This document shows, one piece after another, positions 46,755-57,612 of a stretch of 64,000 nt of DNA (positions are counted from its first letter, which is position 1; the number at the start of each line of letters is the position of its first letter). The DNA comes from Rhabdothermincola salaria (GTDB lineage Bacteria; Actinomycetota; Acidimicrobiia; Acidimicrobiales; Acidimicrobilacustridaceae), in NCBI RefSeq assembly GCF_021246445.1, contig NZ_JAJQXW010000001.1:1258168-1322167 (forward strand), given 5' to 3'. Under the pieces are notes generated by a model. That model saw only the letters and a program-made list of their open reading frames with translations, was not told the origin of the DNA and did no database searches. Both the position numbers and the translations under genes were made by a program.

Positions 46755-47675
46755 ATGAGGATCGCCATCACCGGCTCGACCGGTCTCATCGGGACCGCCC
46801 TCGGCCGTTCCCTCGCCGCCGACGGCCACGAGGTCGTGCCCGTGGTCCGACGCCCCCTCACCGCGGGAGAGGTCGGCATCAGCTGGGATCCGTCGGGAGG
46901 CACGATCGACACGGCCGCACTCGAGGGCCTCGACGCCGTGGTGCACCTCGCGGGAGCCGGTATCGGCGACAAGCGCTGGACCGACGAGTACAAGCGCACG
47001 ATCCTCGAGAGCCGCACCAAGGGCACGGACGTGCTGGCCCGCGCCCTGGCGGGGCTCTCCGACCCCCCGTCCGTGCTGGTGAGCGCGTCGGCCATCGGGT
47101 ACTACGGCGACACCGGCGACTCGGCCGTCACCGAGCAGGCGCCGGCCGGCGACGACTTCCTCGCCGACGTGTGCGTGCAGTGGGAGGGCGCCGCCGCCCC
47201 CGCCACCGAGGCCGGCATCAGGGTGGTCCACCCCCGCACCGGCATCGTCCTCAGCCCCGAGGGCGGAGCCCTGGCCAAGCTGCTCCCGCTGTTCAAGGTG
47301 GGGCTCGGCGGACGCATGGGCTCCGGACAGCAGTGGTGGAGCTGGATCACGCTCCCCGACGAGGTGGCTGCGATCCGCCACCTGATCGACCACGACGTCT
47401 CCGGTCCGGTCAACCTCACCGCCCCCGACCCGGCCACCAACTCTCAGCTGACCAAGGTGTTGGGCTCGGTGCTGCACCGCCCCACCCTCGTGCCCGTGCC
47501 CTCGTTCGGGCCGAAGCTCCTGCTCGGCGGCGAGCTCGCCGACGCCTTGTTGTTCAACAGCCAGCGGGTCCTCCCGGGGGTGCTCGACGCCCAGGGGTTC
47601 TCCTTCGCCCACCCCGACCTCGAAGGGGCGCTGCGGGCCCTGCTCGACCGGCCCGCCGACGACGCCGCGGCCTGA
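46755..47675 (+). CDS. TIGR01777/YfcH-family NAD(P)-dependent epimerase-like protein
   Basis: ITGSTGLIG, HLAGAGI..RW, SASAIGYYG, RTGIVL, GSGQQWWSWI. Confidence 0.9.
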   Translation: MRIAITGSTGLIGTALGRSLAADGHEVVPVVRRPLTAGEVGISWDPSGGTIDTAALEGLDAVVHLAGAGIGDKRWTDEYKRTILESRTKGTDVLARALAGLSDPPSVLVSASAIGYYGDTGDSAVTEQAPAGDDFLADVCVQWEGAAAPATEAGIRVVHPRTGIVLSPEGGALAKLLPLFKVGLGGRMGSGQQWWSWITLPDEVAAIRHLIDHDVSGPVNLTAPDPATNSQLTKVLGSVLHRPTLVPVPSFGPKLLLGGELADALLFNSQRVLPGVLDAQGFSFAHPDLEGALRALLDRPADDAAA

Positions 47676-47718
47676 CGCACCCCGTGCGGCGCGAGGTGTC
47701 CGGTACCGTGACGATCTC

Positions 47719-48774
47719 GTGAGCGATCGTGCCGGGCCCGGCCCGGAGCCGCCACCGCGCCTCGCGGCGCTCGGGTGGGACCAGGACTGGGCCGACGCGC
47801 TGGTGGACTTCGGTCCCGGCGCCCAGCCCGCCCGTGTGCTCCAGCACCACGGAGCCGGACTCGTGCTGGCCCTGGCCGACGAGACCCGCACGTTCATGTT
47901 CACCCGCCGCCTCGATCCCGAGCCGGCGGTGGGCGACTGGATCGCGGTCGTCGACGGAGAGATCAGCGCCGTGCTCCCCCGTCGTTCGCTCCTGCGGCGC
48001 CGAGCCCCGGGAGGCGGTGAGCAGCAGCTGGCCGCCAACGTCGACCGCCTGCTGCTGGTGTGCGGGCTCGACCGGCCGGTGAAGGACGGCCGCATCCAGC
48101 GCGGCACGGCCATCGCCCACGACGCCGGCGCCGAGCCCGTGGTCGTGCTCACCAAGGCGGCCGACCCCAGCGCCGCCGACCCCGACGAGGCCCGGGCCGA
48201 GGCGCGCGCCGGGAACCCGGGGATCGAGGTCGTGGTGACCTCGGTGATGGAGGGTGAAGGGCTCGGCGCCCTCGAAGAGCTCGTCGCCGGACGCACCGTC
48301 GCCCTGCTGGGCGAATCGGGGGCGGGCAAGTCGTCGATCGTCAACGCCCTGTTGGGCACCGAGGTGGCCCTCGTCGGCGACGTGCGCGGCGGCGACAGCA
48401 AGGGACGGCACACCACCACGACCCGCGAGCTGCACCTGCTCGCCAACGGCGGCATCCTCATCGACTCGCCCGGCATCCGCGAGGTGGGCCTGGTGGGCGA
48501 CACCGAGGCCGTGGAGGAGACCTTCGCCGAGGTGGCCGAGGTGGCCGAGCTGTGCCGCTTCAGCGACTGCGCCCACGAGACCGAGCCCGGCTGCGCGCTA
48601 CGGGCCGCCCTCGAAGCCGGCGAGCTCGATCCGGTTCGGGTGCAGCGCTGGCAGGACCTCATGGAGGAGACAGCTGCCGCCGAGGTGCGGGCCTCTCCCG
48701 TCGAGCGACGTCGCCACGACAAGCGCTTCGCCCGCATGGTCAAGGACGTCAAGCGCCAGAAGGGTCGCGACTGA
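47719..48774 (+). CDS. rsgA: ribosome small subunit-dependent GTPase A
   Basis: AANVD, TKA, GESGAGKSS, GRHTTT, DSPG, CRFSDCAH..EPGC. Confidence 0.93.
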   Translation: MSDRAGPGPEPPPRLAALGWDQDWADALVDFGPGAQPARVLQHHGAGLVLALADETRTFMFTRRLDPEPAVGDWIAVVDGEISAVLPRRSLLRRRAPGGGEQQLAANVDRLLLVCGLDRPVKDGRIQRGTAIAHDAGAEPVVVLTKAADPSAADPDEARAEARAGNPGIEVVVTSVMEGEGLGALEELVAGRTVALLGESGAGKSSIVNALLGTEVALVGDVRGGDSKGRHTTTTRELHLLANGGILIDSPGIREVGLVGDTEAVEETFAEVAEVAELCRFSDCAHETEPGCALRAALEAGELDPVRVQRWQDLMEETAAAEVRASPVERRRHDKRFARMVKDVKRQKGRD

Positions 48775-48797
48775 TCCCGGCCGCCCGACCGGGCGCG

Positions 48798-49082
48798 CTA
48801 TGCCTCGACCGTGACGCCTCGCCAGAAGGCCACGTAGCCGGCGATCTCGGCCGCCGCGTCCTTGGGCTCCGGGTAGGACCAGGCGGCGTCGCCGTTCACC
48901 TGGCCGTCGACGACGACGTTGCGGTAGCTCGCCGTGCCCTTCCACGGGCACACCGAGTGGTGGTCGCTGTCGGTGAAGAGCTCGTCGTTCACGCTCGCCG
49001 GAGGGAAGTAGTGGTTGCCCTCCACGACGATCGTGTCGTCGCTCTCGGCCAGCACCGCACCGTTCCAGATCGCCTTGGCCAT
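48798..49082 (-). CDS. DUF427-family protein
   Basis: VEGNHYFP, CPWKGTASY, AAWSYPEP. Confidence 0.9.
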   Translation of the reverse strand: MAKAIWNGAVLAESDDTIVVEGNHYFPPASVNDELFTDSDHHSVCPWKGTASYRNVVVDGQVNGDAAWSYPEPKDAAAEIAGYVAFWRGVTVEA

Positions 49083-49173
49083 CTCGTCCTCCTCGACACT
49101 CCCGGGACGCGAACCGGCCCGGTCCCAGGAGAGAACCCCTGAGCCGGGCCGGATCTTCCCTACCTATGGCGCC

Positions 49174-49303
49174 GCGGAGCGACGCGGTGTGAGCGGGGTC
49201 GCTGGCGCTCCCGACCGCTCACCACCCCGAACCACACCACCCACCCCACCCCACGGCGGAGCGACGCGGTGTGAGCGGGGTCGCTGGCGCTCCCGACCGC
49301 TCA
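49174..49303. repeat. two identical 48-bp structured direct repeats (49174-49221, 49256-49303)
   Basis: GCGGAGCGACGCGGTGTGAGCGGGGTCGCTGGCGCTCCCGACCGCTCA twice, 34-bp C-rich spacer. Confidence 0.9.
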
Positions 49304-49308
49304 GCGGC

Positions 49309-50085
49309 TCACTTCGGGGCGAGGCGGGCGCCGCCGTCGACCCGGATGGTCTGGGCGTTCATGTAGGAGTTGGTGACCAGCTCGACCACCATGCTGGCCA
49401 GCTCGTCGGCCGACCCGAGGCGCTTGGGGAACAGCACGTCCTTGGCCAGGTTGGCCTTGAACGCCTCGGAGCCCTCACCCTCGCCGTAGATCGGGGTGTC
49501 GATGAGGCCCGGTGCGATGGTGTTGACCCGGACGCCGACGACCGCGAGGTCGCGGGCGATCGGCAGGGTCATGCCCACCACGCCGCCCTTGGATGCGGAG
49601 TACGCGGCCTGGCCGATCTGGCCGTCGAAGGCGGCGACCGACGCCATGTTCACGATGGCGCCACGCTCGCCGGACTCGAGGGGCTCGGTCTGGCCCATGG
49701 CGGTGGCGGCCAACCGGATGACGTTGAAGGTGCCGGTCAGGTTGATGTCGATGACCTTGCGCCAGTAGTCGAGGTTGAACGCCGAGTCGTAGCTGCCGTC
49801 CTTGCCGATGGTGCGGCTGGCGGCGCCGATGCCGGCGGAGTTCACGACGGCGCGCAGCGGCCCCATCTCCTTGGCGGTCTCGACGGCGGCGATGACCTCG
49901 TCGACGTTGGTCACGTCGACGTGGCAGAAGGCGCCACCGAGCTCGGAGGCGACGGCGTTGCCCCGCTCGTCGTTGAGATCGGCGATGACGACCTTGGCGC
50001 CGCGGGCGGCCAGCTGACGGGCCGACGCTTCGCCGATGCCACTGGCCCCACCGGTGACGATGGCAGAGGTTCCATTGATGTCCAT
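49309..50085 (-). CDS. short-chain dehydrogenase (HSD10/3-hydroxyacyl-CoA dehydrogenase type 2-like)
   Basis: [36 protein letters not shown]. Confidence 0.92.
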   Translation of the reverse strand: MDINGTSAIVTGGASGIGEASARQLAARGAKVVIADLNDERGNAVASELGGAFCHVDVTNVDEVIAAVETAKEMGPLRAVVNSAGIGAASRTIGKDGSYDSAFNLDYWRKVIDINLTGTFNVIRLAATAMGQTEPLESGERGAIVNMASVAAFDGQIGQAAYSASKGGVVGMTLPIARDLAVVGVRVNTIAPGLIDTPIYGEGEGSEAFKANLAKDVLFPKRLGSADELASMVVELVTNSYMNAQTIRVDGGARLAPK

Positions 50086-50173
50086 GGGAACCGATCCTAC
50101 GGATCCGACGATCCGGGGACCGCATCCACCGTGTCCGGCGGGGCGGAGTCCCCGACGGCGAGGGACCGGTCGT

Positions 50174-51751
50174 TCAGGCGGGCGGGCCCCAGCCGCCACC
50201 GCCGGGCGTGCGCAGACGGACCACGTCGCCGGCGTCCACCACGACCGTCACCTTGTCCGGCAAGGGCTGGGCGGCGCCCTCGTCTCCCCTCGGCAGGAGC
50301 CAGTTCTCGCCCGTCGCGCCTGCCGCGCCGCCCTCGTGCCCCCACGGGGCCGAGCGCCGGCGCTCGGTGATGAGCGAGACCACGGCGGGGGCGAGGACCT
50401 CGAGGTCGCGCTCCACCCCGTCGCCGCCGGCGTGGAGCCCGGCGCCGCCACTCCCCCGCCGCAAGGTGAGCCGTCGCACCCGCAGCGGGAACGCCCGCTC
50501 CAACGCCTCGATGGGCGTGTTCTTGGTGTTGGTCATCGCCGTGTGGACGCCGCTCATGCCGGGGCCGTGCACCCGGCCGCCCTGCCCACCGGCCACGGTC
50601 TCGTAGTACACCCAGGGCCGCTGCGCCTCGGTCGCGTCGGCGGCGCGTCGTCCCCCGATGAGCAGGTTGTTCATGGTGCCCTGCGAGGCCGCCCCCAGAC
50701 GCCCTGGTCGGGCCAGGGCGAGGGCGCCCAGGCAGATGTCGGCCACCCGCTGGCTCACCTCCACGTTGCCCGCCCCCACCGCGGCCGGTTCGGAGGCGGC
50801 CACGATGGTGCCCGGCCGGGTGACGACCCGCACGGGTCGCAGGGCACCGCCGTTGGCGGGCATGGTCGGGTCGAGGGCGCACCGCAGGGCGTACACCGCG
50901 GCGCTGACCGTGACCGCCTCGACCGCGTTGACGTTGCCCGGCCGTTGGGGGTCGCTGTCGGACAGGTCGAACGTGATGCTGTCACCCTCGACGGTGACCG
51001 CCACCCGCACATGGGTCTCGACCTGTTGGTCCGGCGCCGGCCCGAAGCTGTCGACCACGTCGGCGAAGCGCCAGGTGCCGTCGGGCATCTCGGACAGGGC
51101 GGCCCGCATGCGCCGTTCGCCGTGCTCGAGCACGGCCGCGAACGGGGCGTCGGACAGCTCGGCGAGGCGAGCCACCCCCCGGCGGTTGGCGCCGACCTGG
51201 GCGTCGAGGTCGCCGGCCCGCTCGTCGGGGGTGCGGGAGTTGGCCAGCAGCACGGCGCGCACCTCGTCGGTGAGGCGCACCGGCGGCAGACGGAGTCCTT
51301 CCGCGTAGATCTCCGTGGCCTCCGCCGGCATCGACCCGGGAGCGGCGCCGCCGACGTCGGCGTGGTGGGCGCGGTTGGCTGCCCATCCGACGAGCCGGCC
51401 GTCGACAACGCACGGGGCGACGAGGGTGATGTCGTTGAGGTGCGTTCCTCCGCGGAACGGGTCGTTGAGCACGACCTGGTCACCTCCGGCCAGCGCCTCC
51501 CAGCCAGCTGTCCCCGGACCGAACCGGTCGATGGCCGCCGCCACCGACGCCGGCATGGAGCCGAGGTGCACCGGGATGTGCTCGGCCTGCACCAAGAGCT
51601 CGCCCTCGGCGGTGAACAGCGCGGCCGAGTGATCGTGACGCTCCTTGATGTTGGGGCTGAACGCGCTGCGACCCAGGACCGCCCCCATCTCGGTGGCGAT
51701 GCCGGTGAGGCGGGCGATGAGCACCTGCAGGGCGGCGGGATCGAGGGTCAC
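50174..51751 (-). CDS. hydantoinase B / oxoprolinase subunit
   Basis: FSPNIKERHD, HIPVHLGSM, NDPFRGGTHLND, NTPIE, RTPGGGGWG. Confidence 0.92.
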   Translation of the reverse strand: MTLDPAALQVLIARLTGIATEMGAVLGRSAFSPNIKERHDHSAALFTAEGELLVQAEHIPVHLGSMPASVAAAIDRFGPGTAGWEALAGGDQVVLNDPFRGGTHLNDITLVAPCVVDGRLVGWAANRAHHADVGGAAPGSMPAEATEIYAEGLRLPPVRLTDEVRAVLLANSRTPDERAGDLDAQVGANRRGVARLAELSDAPFAAVLEHGERRMRAALSEMPDGTWRFADVVDSFGPAPDQQVETHVRVAVTVEGDSITFDLSDSDPQRPGNVNAVEAVTVSAAVYALRCALDPTMPANGGALRPVRVVTRPGTIVAASEPAAVGAGNVEVSQRVADICLGALALARPGRLGAASQGTMNNLLIGGRRAADATEAQRPWVYYETVAGGQGGRVHGPGMSGVHTAMTNTKNTPIEALERAFPLRVRRLTLRRGSGGAGLHAGGDGVERDLEVLAPAVVSLITERRRSAPWGHEGGAAGATGENWLLPRGDEGAAQPLPDKVTVVVDAGDVVRLRTPGGGGWGPPA

Positions 51752-53616
51752 GAGCGCTCCTGCCCCACCCGCCGCAGCACCAGGGCACCGGCCGCGCCGA
51801 GCTCGGCGACCCATCCGTCGGGGACCCAGATCGTGCAGTCCTCCTCGGCGAGCACGGCCGGCCCGACGGCACCGACCCGGTCGGGCGCCGGCAGGTCGTC
51901 GACCCCGACGGGCGACTCGATCCAGGCCTTGACCCGCACGGCGATCACCTCGACGGGGTGCTCCGGACGCTCGTAGCCGTTGCGGAGCCGGTGCTCGCGG
52001 TGGAAGCGCCCCGGGTGGCGCACCGCCAGCTCGTGGCTCTGGCCGGCGTAGCGGCAGTCGAAGGCCACGTCGCTGTGGACCCGGTGCTCGGCCGTGGTGA
52101 CCCCGACGAGGCCGGCCCCGAGGTCGTCGTGGCGGTCAGCCGGTGGTGGCGGCGCCTGGGCGAGGAGCTGCGTCGTCGCCTCCTGGACGAGCTCGTGGCC
52201 CAAGAGGCGGGCGCCGGCGTGGTCGCGGGGGTCGACGACGGAGCGCACCAGGTCGACCCGCAACGGCGCGCCGAGTATGCCCACCGCCGAGAGCACGCCC
52301 GCTCGGGCCGGCACGACCACCGCGGCCATGTCCAGGGCCTCGGCCAGGGCGCACGCGTGCAGCGGACCGGCGCCCCCGAAGGCGACCAGGGCCAGACCCG
52401 ACGGGTCGACACCGCGCTCGACGGTGACCACCCGGATGGCTTCCTCCATGGCGGCGTCGACCACGGCCAGCACTCCGTCGGCGGTGACGCCGGCGGCGGC
52501 CAACGCCGTCTCGGCCGCATCGCGGTCGAGTGGACCGAGACCGGGGAAGGCGGCGTCGGCCGGGATGCGGCCGGCGACCAGGTCGGCATCGGTGACGGTG
52601 GGACGCCGACCACCCCGGCCGTAGCAGGCCGGCCCGGGTTCGGCCCCGGCGCTCTCGGGCCCCACGACGAGGGCCCCACCGTCGTCGAGGTGGGCGATGG
52701 ACCCCCCGCCGGCGCCGATGGTGTGCACGTCGAGCGACGGCATTCGCACCGGGAAGCCGGCGACCTCCCGTTCGGCGGCCGGCTCGGGGGTGCCGCCGAG
52801 CACGAGGCACACGTCGGTGGACGTGCCCCCCATGTCGAAGGTGACCGCATCGGGGAACCCGTTGGCCGCGGCGGCCACGGCCCCGGCCAGCACCCCGCCG
52901 GCGGGGCCCGACAACAGCAGCGCCGCCGGTCGCTCGGCCGCCCGCCTCGCCGGCACCAGGCCCGCCGCCGAGGTCATGACGAGCACGCGGTCGGCTGCGT
53001 CGTCGAGGTCGCGCAGATAGGTCCGACAGGCGGGCCGCAGGTAGGCGTTCACGACGGTGGTCACCGTGCGCTCGTACTCGCGGAACTCCGGGCTCACGTC
53101 GCACGAGCAGCTCACGTCGTGGCCCCGGAACTCCAGCTCGGCCCCGACCACCCACTCGTGCCCTGGTTCGAGGTCGCTGTGCAGCAGGCACACGGCGACC
53201 GCGTCGACGACGTCGGGGATGACCGGGATCTCGCCGAGGGGCACCAGCTCGGTGCCGTCGGCGGCCAGGCGCTCGTCGACCTCGAGGCGCAGGTGGCGGG
53301 GCACCAGCGGCTCGGGGCGGGTCGCCGACTGGTCGTACAACGCGGGACGGTCCTGGCGGGCGATCTCGATGACGTCGGCGAAGCCGGCCGTCGTCACCAG
53401 CGCCACCCGGGCGCCCTTGCGTTCGAGCAGGGCGTTGGTGGCGACGGTGGTGCCGTGGGCCAGGGTCTCGGCCTGCTCGTCACCGAGCAGCAGGGCCAGA
53501 CCGTCGCGCACGGCGCGACCGGGGTCGTCTCGGGTGCTGGGCACCTTGGCGATGCGACCGTCGGCGGTGACCAGGTCGGTGAAGGTGCCCCCGGTGTCGC
53601 TGCCGACGCGCGTCAT
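51748..53616 (-). CDS. hydantoinase A / oxoprolinase subunit
   Basis: DTGGTFTD, HGTTVATNALL, SGPAGG, DMGGTSTD, GAGGGS, FGGAG.LHA. Confidence 0.92.
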   Translation of the reverse strand: MTRVGSDTGGTFTDLVTADGRIAKVPSTRDDPGRAVRDGLALLLGDEQAETLAHGTTVATNALLERKGARVALVTTAGFADVIEIARQDRPALYDQSATRPEPLVPRHLRLEVDERLAADGTELVPLGEIPVIPDVVDAVAVCLLHSDLEPGHEWVVGAELEFRGHDVSCSCDVSPEFREYERTVTTVVNAYLRPACRTYLRDLDDAADRVLVMTSAAGLVPARRAAERPAALLLSGPAGGVLAGAVAAAANGFPDAVTFDMGGTSTDVCLVLGGTPEPAAEREVAGFPVRMPSLDVHTIGAGGGSIAHLDDGGALVVGPESAGAEPGPACYGRGGRRPTVTDADLVAGRIPADAAFPGLGPLDRDAAETALAAAGVTADGVLAVVDAAMEEAIRVVTVERGVDPSGLALVAFGGAGPLHACALAEALDMAAVVVPARAGVLSAVGILGAPLRVDLVRSVVDPRDHAGARLLGHELVQEATTQLLAQAPPPPADRHDDLGAGLVGVTTAEHRVHSDVAFDCRYAGQSHELAVRHPGRFHREHRLRNGYERPEHPVEVIAVRVKAWIESPVGVDDLPAPDRVGAVGPAVLAEEDCTIWVPDGWVAELGAAGALVLRRVGQERS

Positions 53617-54695
53617 GGACCCGGAGGCGCAGGCGGAGGAGGGGGCGGCGGCGGGGCCACGACGACCACGGCGGTGGACCCGAGGTGGTCGACGAGGGTG
53701 CGGTGCAGGCGCCCCATCGCCTCGTCGTGGCCGTCCCACACCAACAGGGCGGCGCGGGCCCGGCGGGCCAGCCAGTCGTCGCGCCGGGCCATCGCGGCGC
53801 GCTGGTCGTCGACGCTTGCCGGCACGTCGGGGCGCAGCACCCGCACCCCGTCGGCCTCGCCCACGAGCTCCTCGAAACGCTCGCGGTCCGCCTCGGGCCA
53901 CCCCGTGGCCGGGTCGGGCCACGGGAGCACGGCCACGTAGGGCACGCCCGCCCCCACGGCGGCCTCGGCGGCCAGCTGCTCGGCCCCCCGGCGCAGCCCG
54001 GTGACGACCACCAGCTCGGGGTCGCGCTCGACCAGGGTGACCAGCTTGGTGAGCAGCTCGTCGAGGAGGATGCCGGCCCCCTCGGGGTCGGCTTCGGGAT
54101 CCACGACGGGAGGGCGATGCCCGAGGATCACCACCGGATGGCCGGGCAGGTCGCCGTCGGTTCCCGAACCGGTGTCGTCGGTGCCGCTGGTGCCGACCGA
54201 GGCCGCCGACCGCGTCGGTGCGCCCGGTCGGTCGGGTGCCCCGACCTCTTCCGGGGGCGAGTCGCCCGACCGGCCCTGCTGGGTCTCCGCGGCCTCCACG
54301 GCCAGGCGATCGACGAGGTCGTTGCCCGGGTCGCCGCCGTGCCCCTTCACCCAACGGAACCTCACGTCGCCGCGAGCGACGACGAGGTCGACGAAGGGCT
54401 CCCACAGATCGCGGTTGGCCACCGGCTTGCGCTGGGAGTTGAGCCACCCCTTGCGCTTCCAGCCCTCCCACCAGCCGTCACGGAAGCAGTGCACGACGTA
54501 GGTGGAGTCGCTCACCACCTCCAGCGGCCCGGGGTTGGCCTTCACCGCCTCGAAGGCCGCCGTGATCTCCATGCGCTGGTTGGTGGAGTGGGCCTCTGCG
54601 CCGCTGGCGAAGGCTCCGCCCGGCACCGCCCAGGCCCAGCCCCCGGGGCCAGGGTTCCCCTTGCAGGCACCATCGGTGTAGGCCACGGTCGTCAC
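53613..54695 (-). CDS. rnhA: ribonuclease HI fused to a YspA/DUF1273-like SLOG domain
   Basis: TDGACKGNPGPGGW, TNQRME, SDSTY, WVKGH, NDLVD; C-terminal GHRP..VTG...GAEQLAAE..P...W..RD.WL..LVWDG. Confidence 0.85.
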   Translation of the reverse strand: MTTVAYTDGACKGNPGPGGWAWAVPGGAFASGAEAHSTNQRMEITAAFEAVKANPGPLEVVSDSTYVVHCFRDGWWEGWKRKGWLNSQRKPVANRDLWEPFVDLVVARGDVRFRWVKGHGGDPGNDLVDRLAVEAAETQQGRSGDSPPEEVGAPDRPGAPTRSAASVGTSGTDDTGSGTDGDLPGHPVVILGHRPPVVDPEADPEGAGILLDELLTKLVTLVERDPELVVVTGLRRGAEQLAAEAAVGAGVPYVAVLPWPDPATGWPEADRERFEELVGEADGVRVLRPDVPASVDDQRAAMARRDDWLARRARAALLVWDGHDEAMGRLHRTLVDHLGSTAVVVVAPPPPPPPPAPPGP

Positions 54696-54815
54696 CCGCC
54701 CAGCGTCGCACAGACCGGTTCATGCACAGTTCTCCCGAACTACCCACCGGTAACCGACCGAGGGGCGGCATCATGGAAGGCGCCCTGCCCCTCGAGCCCG
54801 GAAGGGTCTCCCCCC

Positions 54816-57548
54816 GTGAACCTCGACCAGCACGTCTCGCAACTGCCCGATGCCGACCCCACCGAGACCGGCGAGTGGTTGGACTCGCTGGACGCGGTGA
54901 TCGGCGAGCGGGGCAAGACTCGGGCCCGCTACCTGGTGTCACGCCTCACCGAGCGGGCCCGGGAGCGCCAGGTCGGGACCCCGGCCGAGGTGTCCACCCC
55001 GTACGTGAACACCATCCCCGTGAACGAGCAGCCCTGGTTCCCGGGCGACGAGTACGTGGAGAAGCGCCTGCGCCGCATGCTGCGCTGGAACGCCGCGGTC
55101 ATGGTGATCAACGCCAACACCCAGGCCGAGGGCATCGGCGGGCACCTGTCGACGTTCGCTTCGTCGGCGATGCTCTACGAGGTCGGGTTCAACCACTTCT
55201 TCCGGGGCAAGGAGGACGGGCTCGCCGGCGACCACGTGTACATCCAGGGCCACGCCGCGCCGGGCATCTACAGCCGGGCGTACCTCGAGCGCCGCCTCGA
55301 CGAGTCCCACCTCGACGGGTTCCGTCGCGAGATCGACGGACCCGGGCTCTCCTCGTACCCCCACCCGTGGCTCATGCCCGACTTCTGGGAGTACCCGACG
55401 GTGTCCATGGGCCTGGGGCCCATCAACTCGATCTACCAGGCCCGGTTCAACAAGTACCTGCACAGCCGCCGCGTCGACGACACCGCCGCCAGCCGGGTGT
55501 GGTGCTTCCTCGGCGACGGTGAGACCGACGAGCCCGAGACGCTGGGCGCCATCTCGCTGGCCGGGCGCGAGGGGCTCGACAACCTCACCTGGGTCATCAA
55601 CTGCAACCTGCAACGCCTCGACGGCCCGGTGCGGGGCAACGGCAAGATCATCCAGGAGCTCGAGAGCTCGTTCCGCGGTGCCGGCTGGAACGTGATCAAG
55701 GTCATCTGGGGCGCCGGGTGGGACGACCTGTTGGCGCGCGACGTCGACGGCGTGCTGCTGGCCAAGATGAACGCCACCCTCGACGGCGAGTGGCAGCGCT
55801 ACGCGGTCGAGTCCGGCGAGTACATCCGCGAGCACTTCTTCGGCCCCGACCCGCGGTTGCGCAAGCTCGTCGAGCACCTCTCCGACGACGAGCTGCGGGC
55901 CCTGCCCCGAGGCGGTCACGACTACAAGAAGGTGTTCGCCGCCTACAAGGCCGCGGCCGAGACCAAGGGCGTACCCACCGTCATCCTGGCCAAGACGGTC
56001 AAGGGCTGGGCCCTGGGCTCGGAGGTCGAGGGCCGCAACTCCACCCACCAGATCAAGAAGATGTCGATGGCCCAGCTGCGCGAGCTGCGCGACCGGTTGC
56101 ACCTCGACGACGTCATCCCCGACGACGCCCTCGACGACGAGGACACTCCGCCCTACTACCGGCCCGACACGGACTCGCCCGAGTACAAGTACCTGATGGA
56201 CCGGCGGCGCGCCCTCGACGGGCCGTTGCCCATCCGCTCCACCGAGGTCCGCCGTCCGCTCACCCTGCCCGATCCGGCCGCGTTCGCCGAGTTCGACGCC
56301 GGCTCCGGTGGGCAGGCGGTGTCCACCACCATGGCCTTCACCCGGATGCTGCGCGGCCTCGCCCGCGACGAGGGCTTCGGCGACCGCGTCGTGCCCATCA
56401 TCCCGGACGAGGCCCGCACCTTCGGCATGGACGCCCTGTTCCGCGAGCTGAAGATCTACGCCAGCCATGGCCAGCTCTACGAACCCGTTGATGCCTCCTT
56501 GCTGCTCAGCTACGTGGAGGGCAAGGACGGCCAGATCCTCGAAGAGGGCATCACCGAGGCCGGGGCCATGGCCAGCTTCACCGCGGCGGGCACCAGCTAC
56601 GCCACTCGAGGCGTGCCCATGGTGCCCTTCTTCATCTTCTATTCGATGTTCGGATTCCAGCGGGTCGGCGACCTCATCTGGGCGGCGGCCGACGCCCAGG
56701 CCAAGGGCTTCCTCATCGCCGCCACCGCGGGGCGCACCACCCTCATGGGCGAAGGGCTGCAGCACCAGGACGGCCACAGCCTGGTGCTGGCCTCCACCGT
56801 GCCCACCTGCCACGCCTACGACCCCGCCTTCGCCTACGAGATGGCAGCCATCATCGAGCACGGCCTGCACGAGATGTACGGCGGGCCCGAGGGCCGCGCC
56901 GCCGGCGACGGGCCCAACGGCGGCGACGGTGGCTTCTACTACCTCACCGCCTACAACGAGAACTACCAGATGCCCGCCCGACCCGATCACGTCACGGCCG
57001 ACGACATCGTGGGTGGCCTCTACAAGTGGGCCGACAGCCCCGAGGGGGTCGAGGCCCAGGCCACCCTCGTGTTCTCGGGCACCGCCCAGGCGGCGGCCCG
57101 CGACGCCCAGGCGGCCCTCGCCGAGGCCGGGGTCGGGGCCGAGCTGTGGTCGGCCACCAGCTACAAGGCCCTGCGCGAGGACGCCCTCTCCGTCGAGCGG
57201 TGGAACCGGCTCCACCCGCTCGACCCGCCCCGCACCTCCCGCGTCGCCCGCCTCCTCGCCGATGCCCCCGGTCCCATCGTCGCCGTCACCGACTTCATGA
57301 AGTCGGTCCCCGACCAGGTCGCCCGGTTCCTCGGCGAGCGCACGTTCGTCCCCCTCGGCACCGACGGCTTCGGCCGGTCCGACACCCGCGAAGCCCTGCG
57401 CCGGCACTTCGAGACCGACGCCGCCCACGTCGAGGTGGCGGTGCTCTCGGCCCTGGCCCACGACGGAGCGGTCGACCCGACCAGGGTGGCCGACGCCATC
57501 AAGCGCCACGAGCTCGACCCCGACACCCCCGACCCCCGCACCATCTGA
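54816..57548 (+). CDS. aceE: pyruvate dehydrogenase E1, homodimeric type
   Basis: [58 protein letters not shown]. Confidence 0.97.
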   Translation: MNLDQHVSQLPDADPTETGEWLDSLDAVIGERGKTRARYLVSRLTERARERQVGTPAEVSTPYVNTIPVNEQPWFPGDEYVEKRLRRMLRWNAAVMVINANTQAEGIGGHLSTFASSAMLYEVGFNHFFRGKEDGLAGDHVYIQGHAAPGIYSRAYLERRLDESHLDGFRREIDGPGLSSYPHPWLMPDFWEYPTVSMGLGPINSIYQARFNKYLHSRRVDDTAASRVWCFLGDGETDEPETLGAISLAGREGLDNLTWVINCNLQRLDGPVRGNGKIIQELESSFRGAGWNVIKVIWGAGWDDLLARDVDGVLLAKMNATLDGEWQRYAVESGEYIREHFFGPDPRLRKLVEHLSDDELRALPRGGHDYKKVFAAYKAAAETKGVPTVILAKTVKGWALGSEVEGRNSTHQIKKMSMAQLRELRDRLHLDDVIPDDALDDEDTPPYYRPDTDSPEYKYLMDRRRALDGPLPIRSTEVRRPLTLPDPAAFAEFDAGSGGQAVSTTMAFTRMLRGLARDEGFGDRVVPIIPDEARTFGMDALFRELKIYASHGQLYEPVDASLLLSYVEGKDGQILEEGITEAGAMASFTAAGTSYATRGVPMVPFFIFYSMFGFQRVGDLIWAAADAQAKGFLIAATAGRTTLMGEGLQHQDGHSLVLASTVPTCHAYDPAFAYEMAAIIEHGLHEMYGGPEGRAAGDGPNGGDGGFYYLTAYNENYQMPARPDHVTADDIVGGLYKWADSPEGVEAQATLVFSGTAQAAARDAQAALAEAGVGAELWSATSYKALREDALSVERWNRLHPLDPPRTSRVARLLADAPGPIVAVTDFMKSVPDQVARFLGERTFVPLGTDGFGRSDTREALRRHFETDAAHVEVAVLSALAHDGAVDPTRVADAIKRHELDPDTPDPRTI

Positions 57549-57612
57549 CCGGCCACCGTCACCGCCGTCTCCGGCGGCGGACGGCACCGACGGGTTGGGT
57601 AGCGTGACCGCC

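Noticed and set aside
49174..49303. CRISPR mini-array reading of the 48-bp repeat/34-bp spacer pairs (also 59705-59837)
   Set aside because: Only two units per locus, spacers are similar C-rich low-complexity sequence, no cas genes or leader
53685..54815. Long N-terminal extensions in the ORF track (aceE, lpdA, rfbD, sirtuin, hydantoinase A, transglutaminase, metH)
   Set aside because: They overlap neighbouring genes; conserved domains begin at the downstream starts used here
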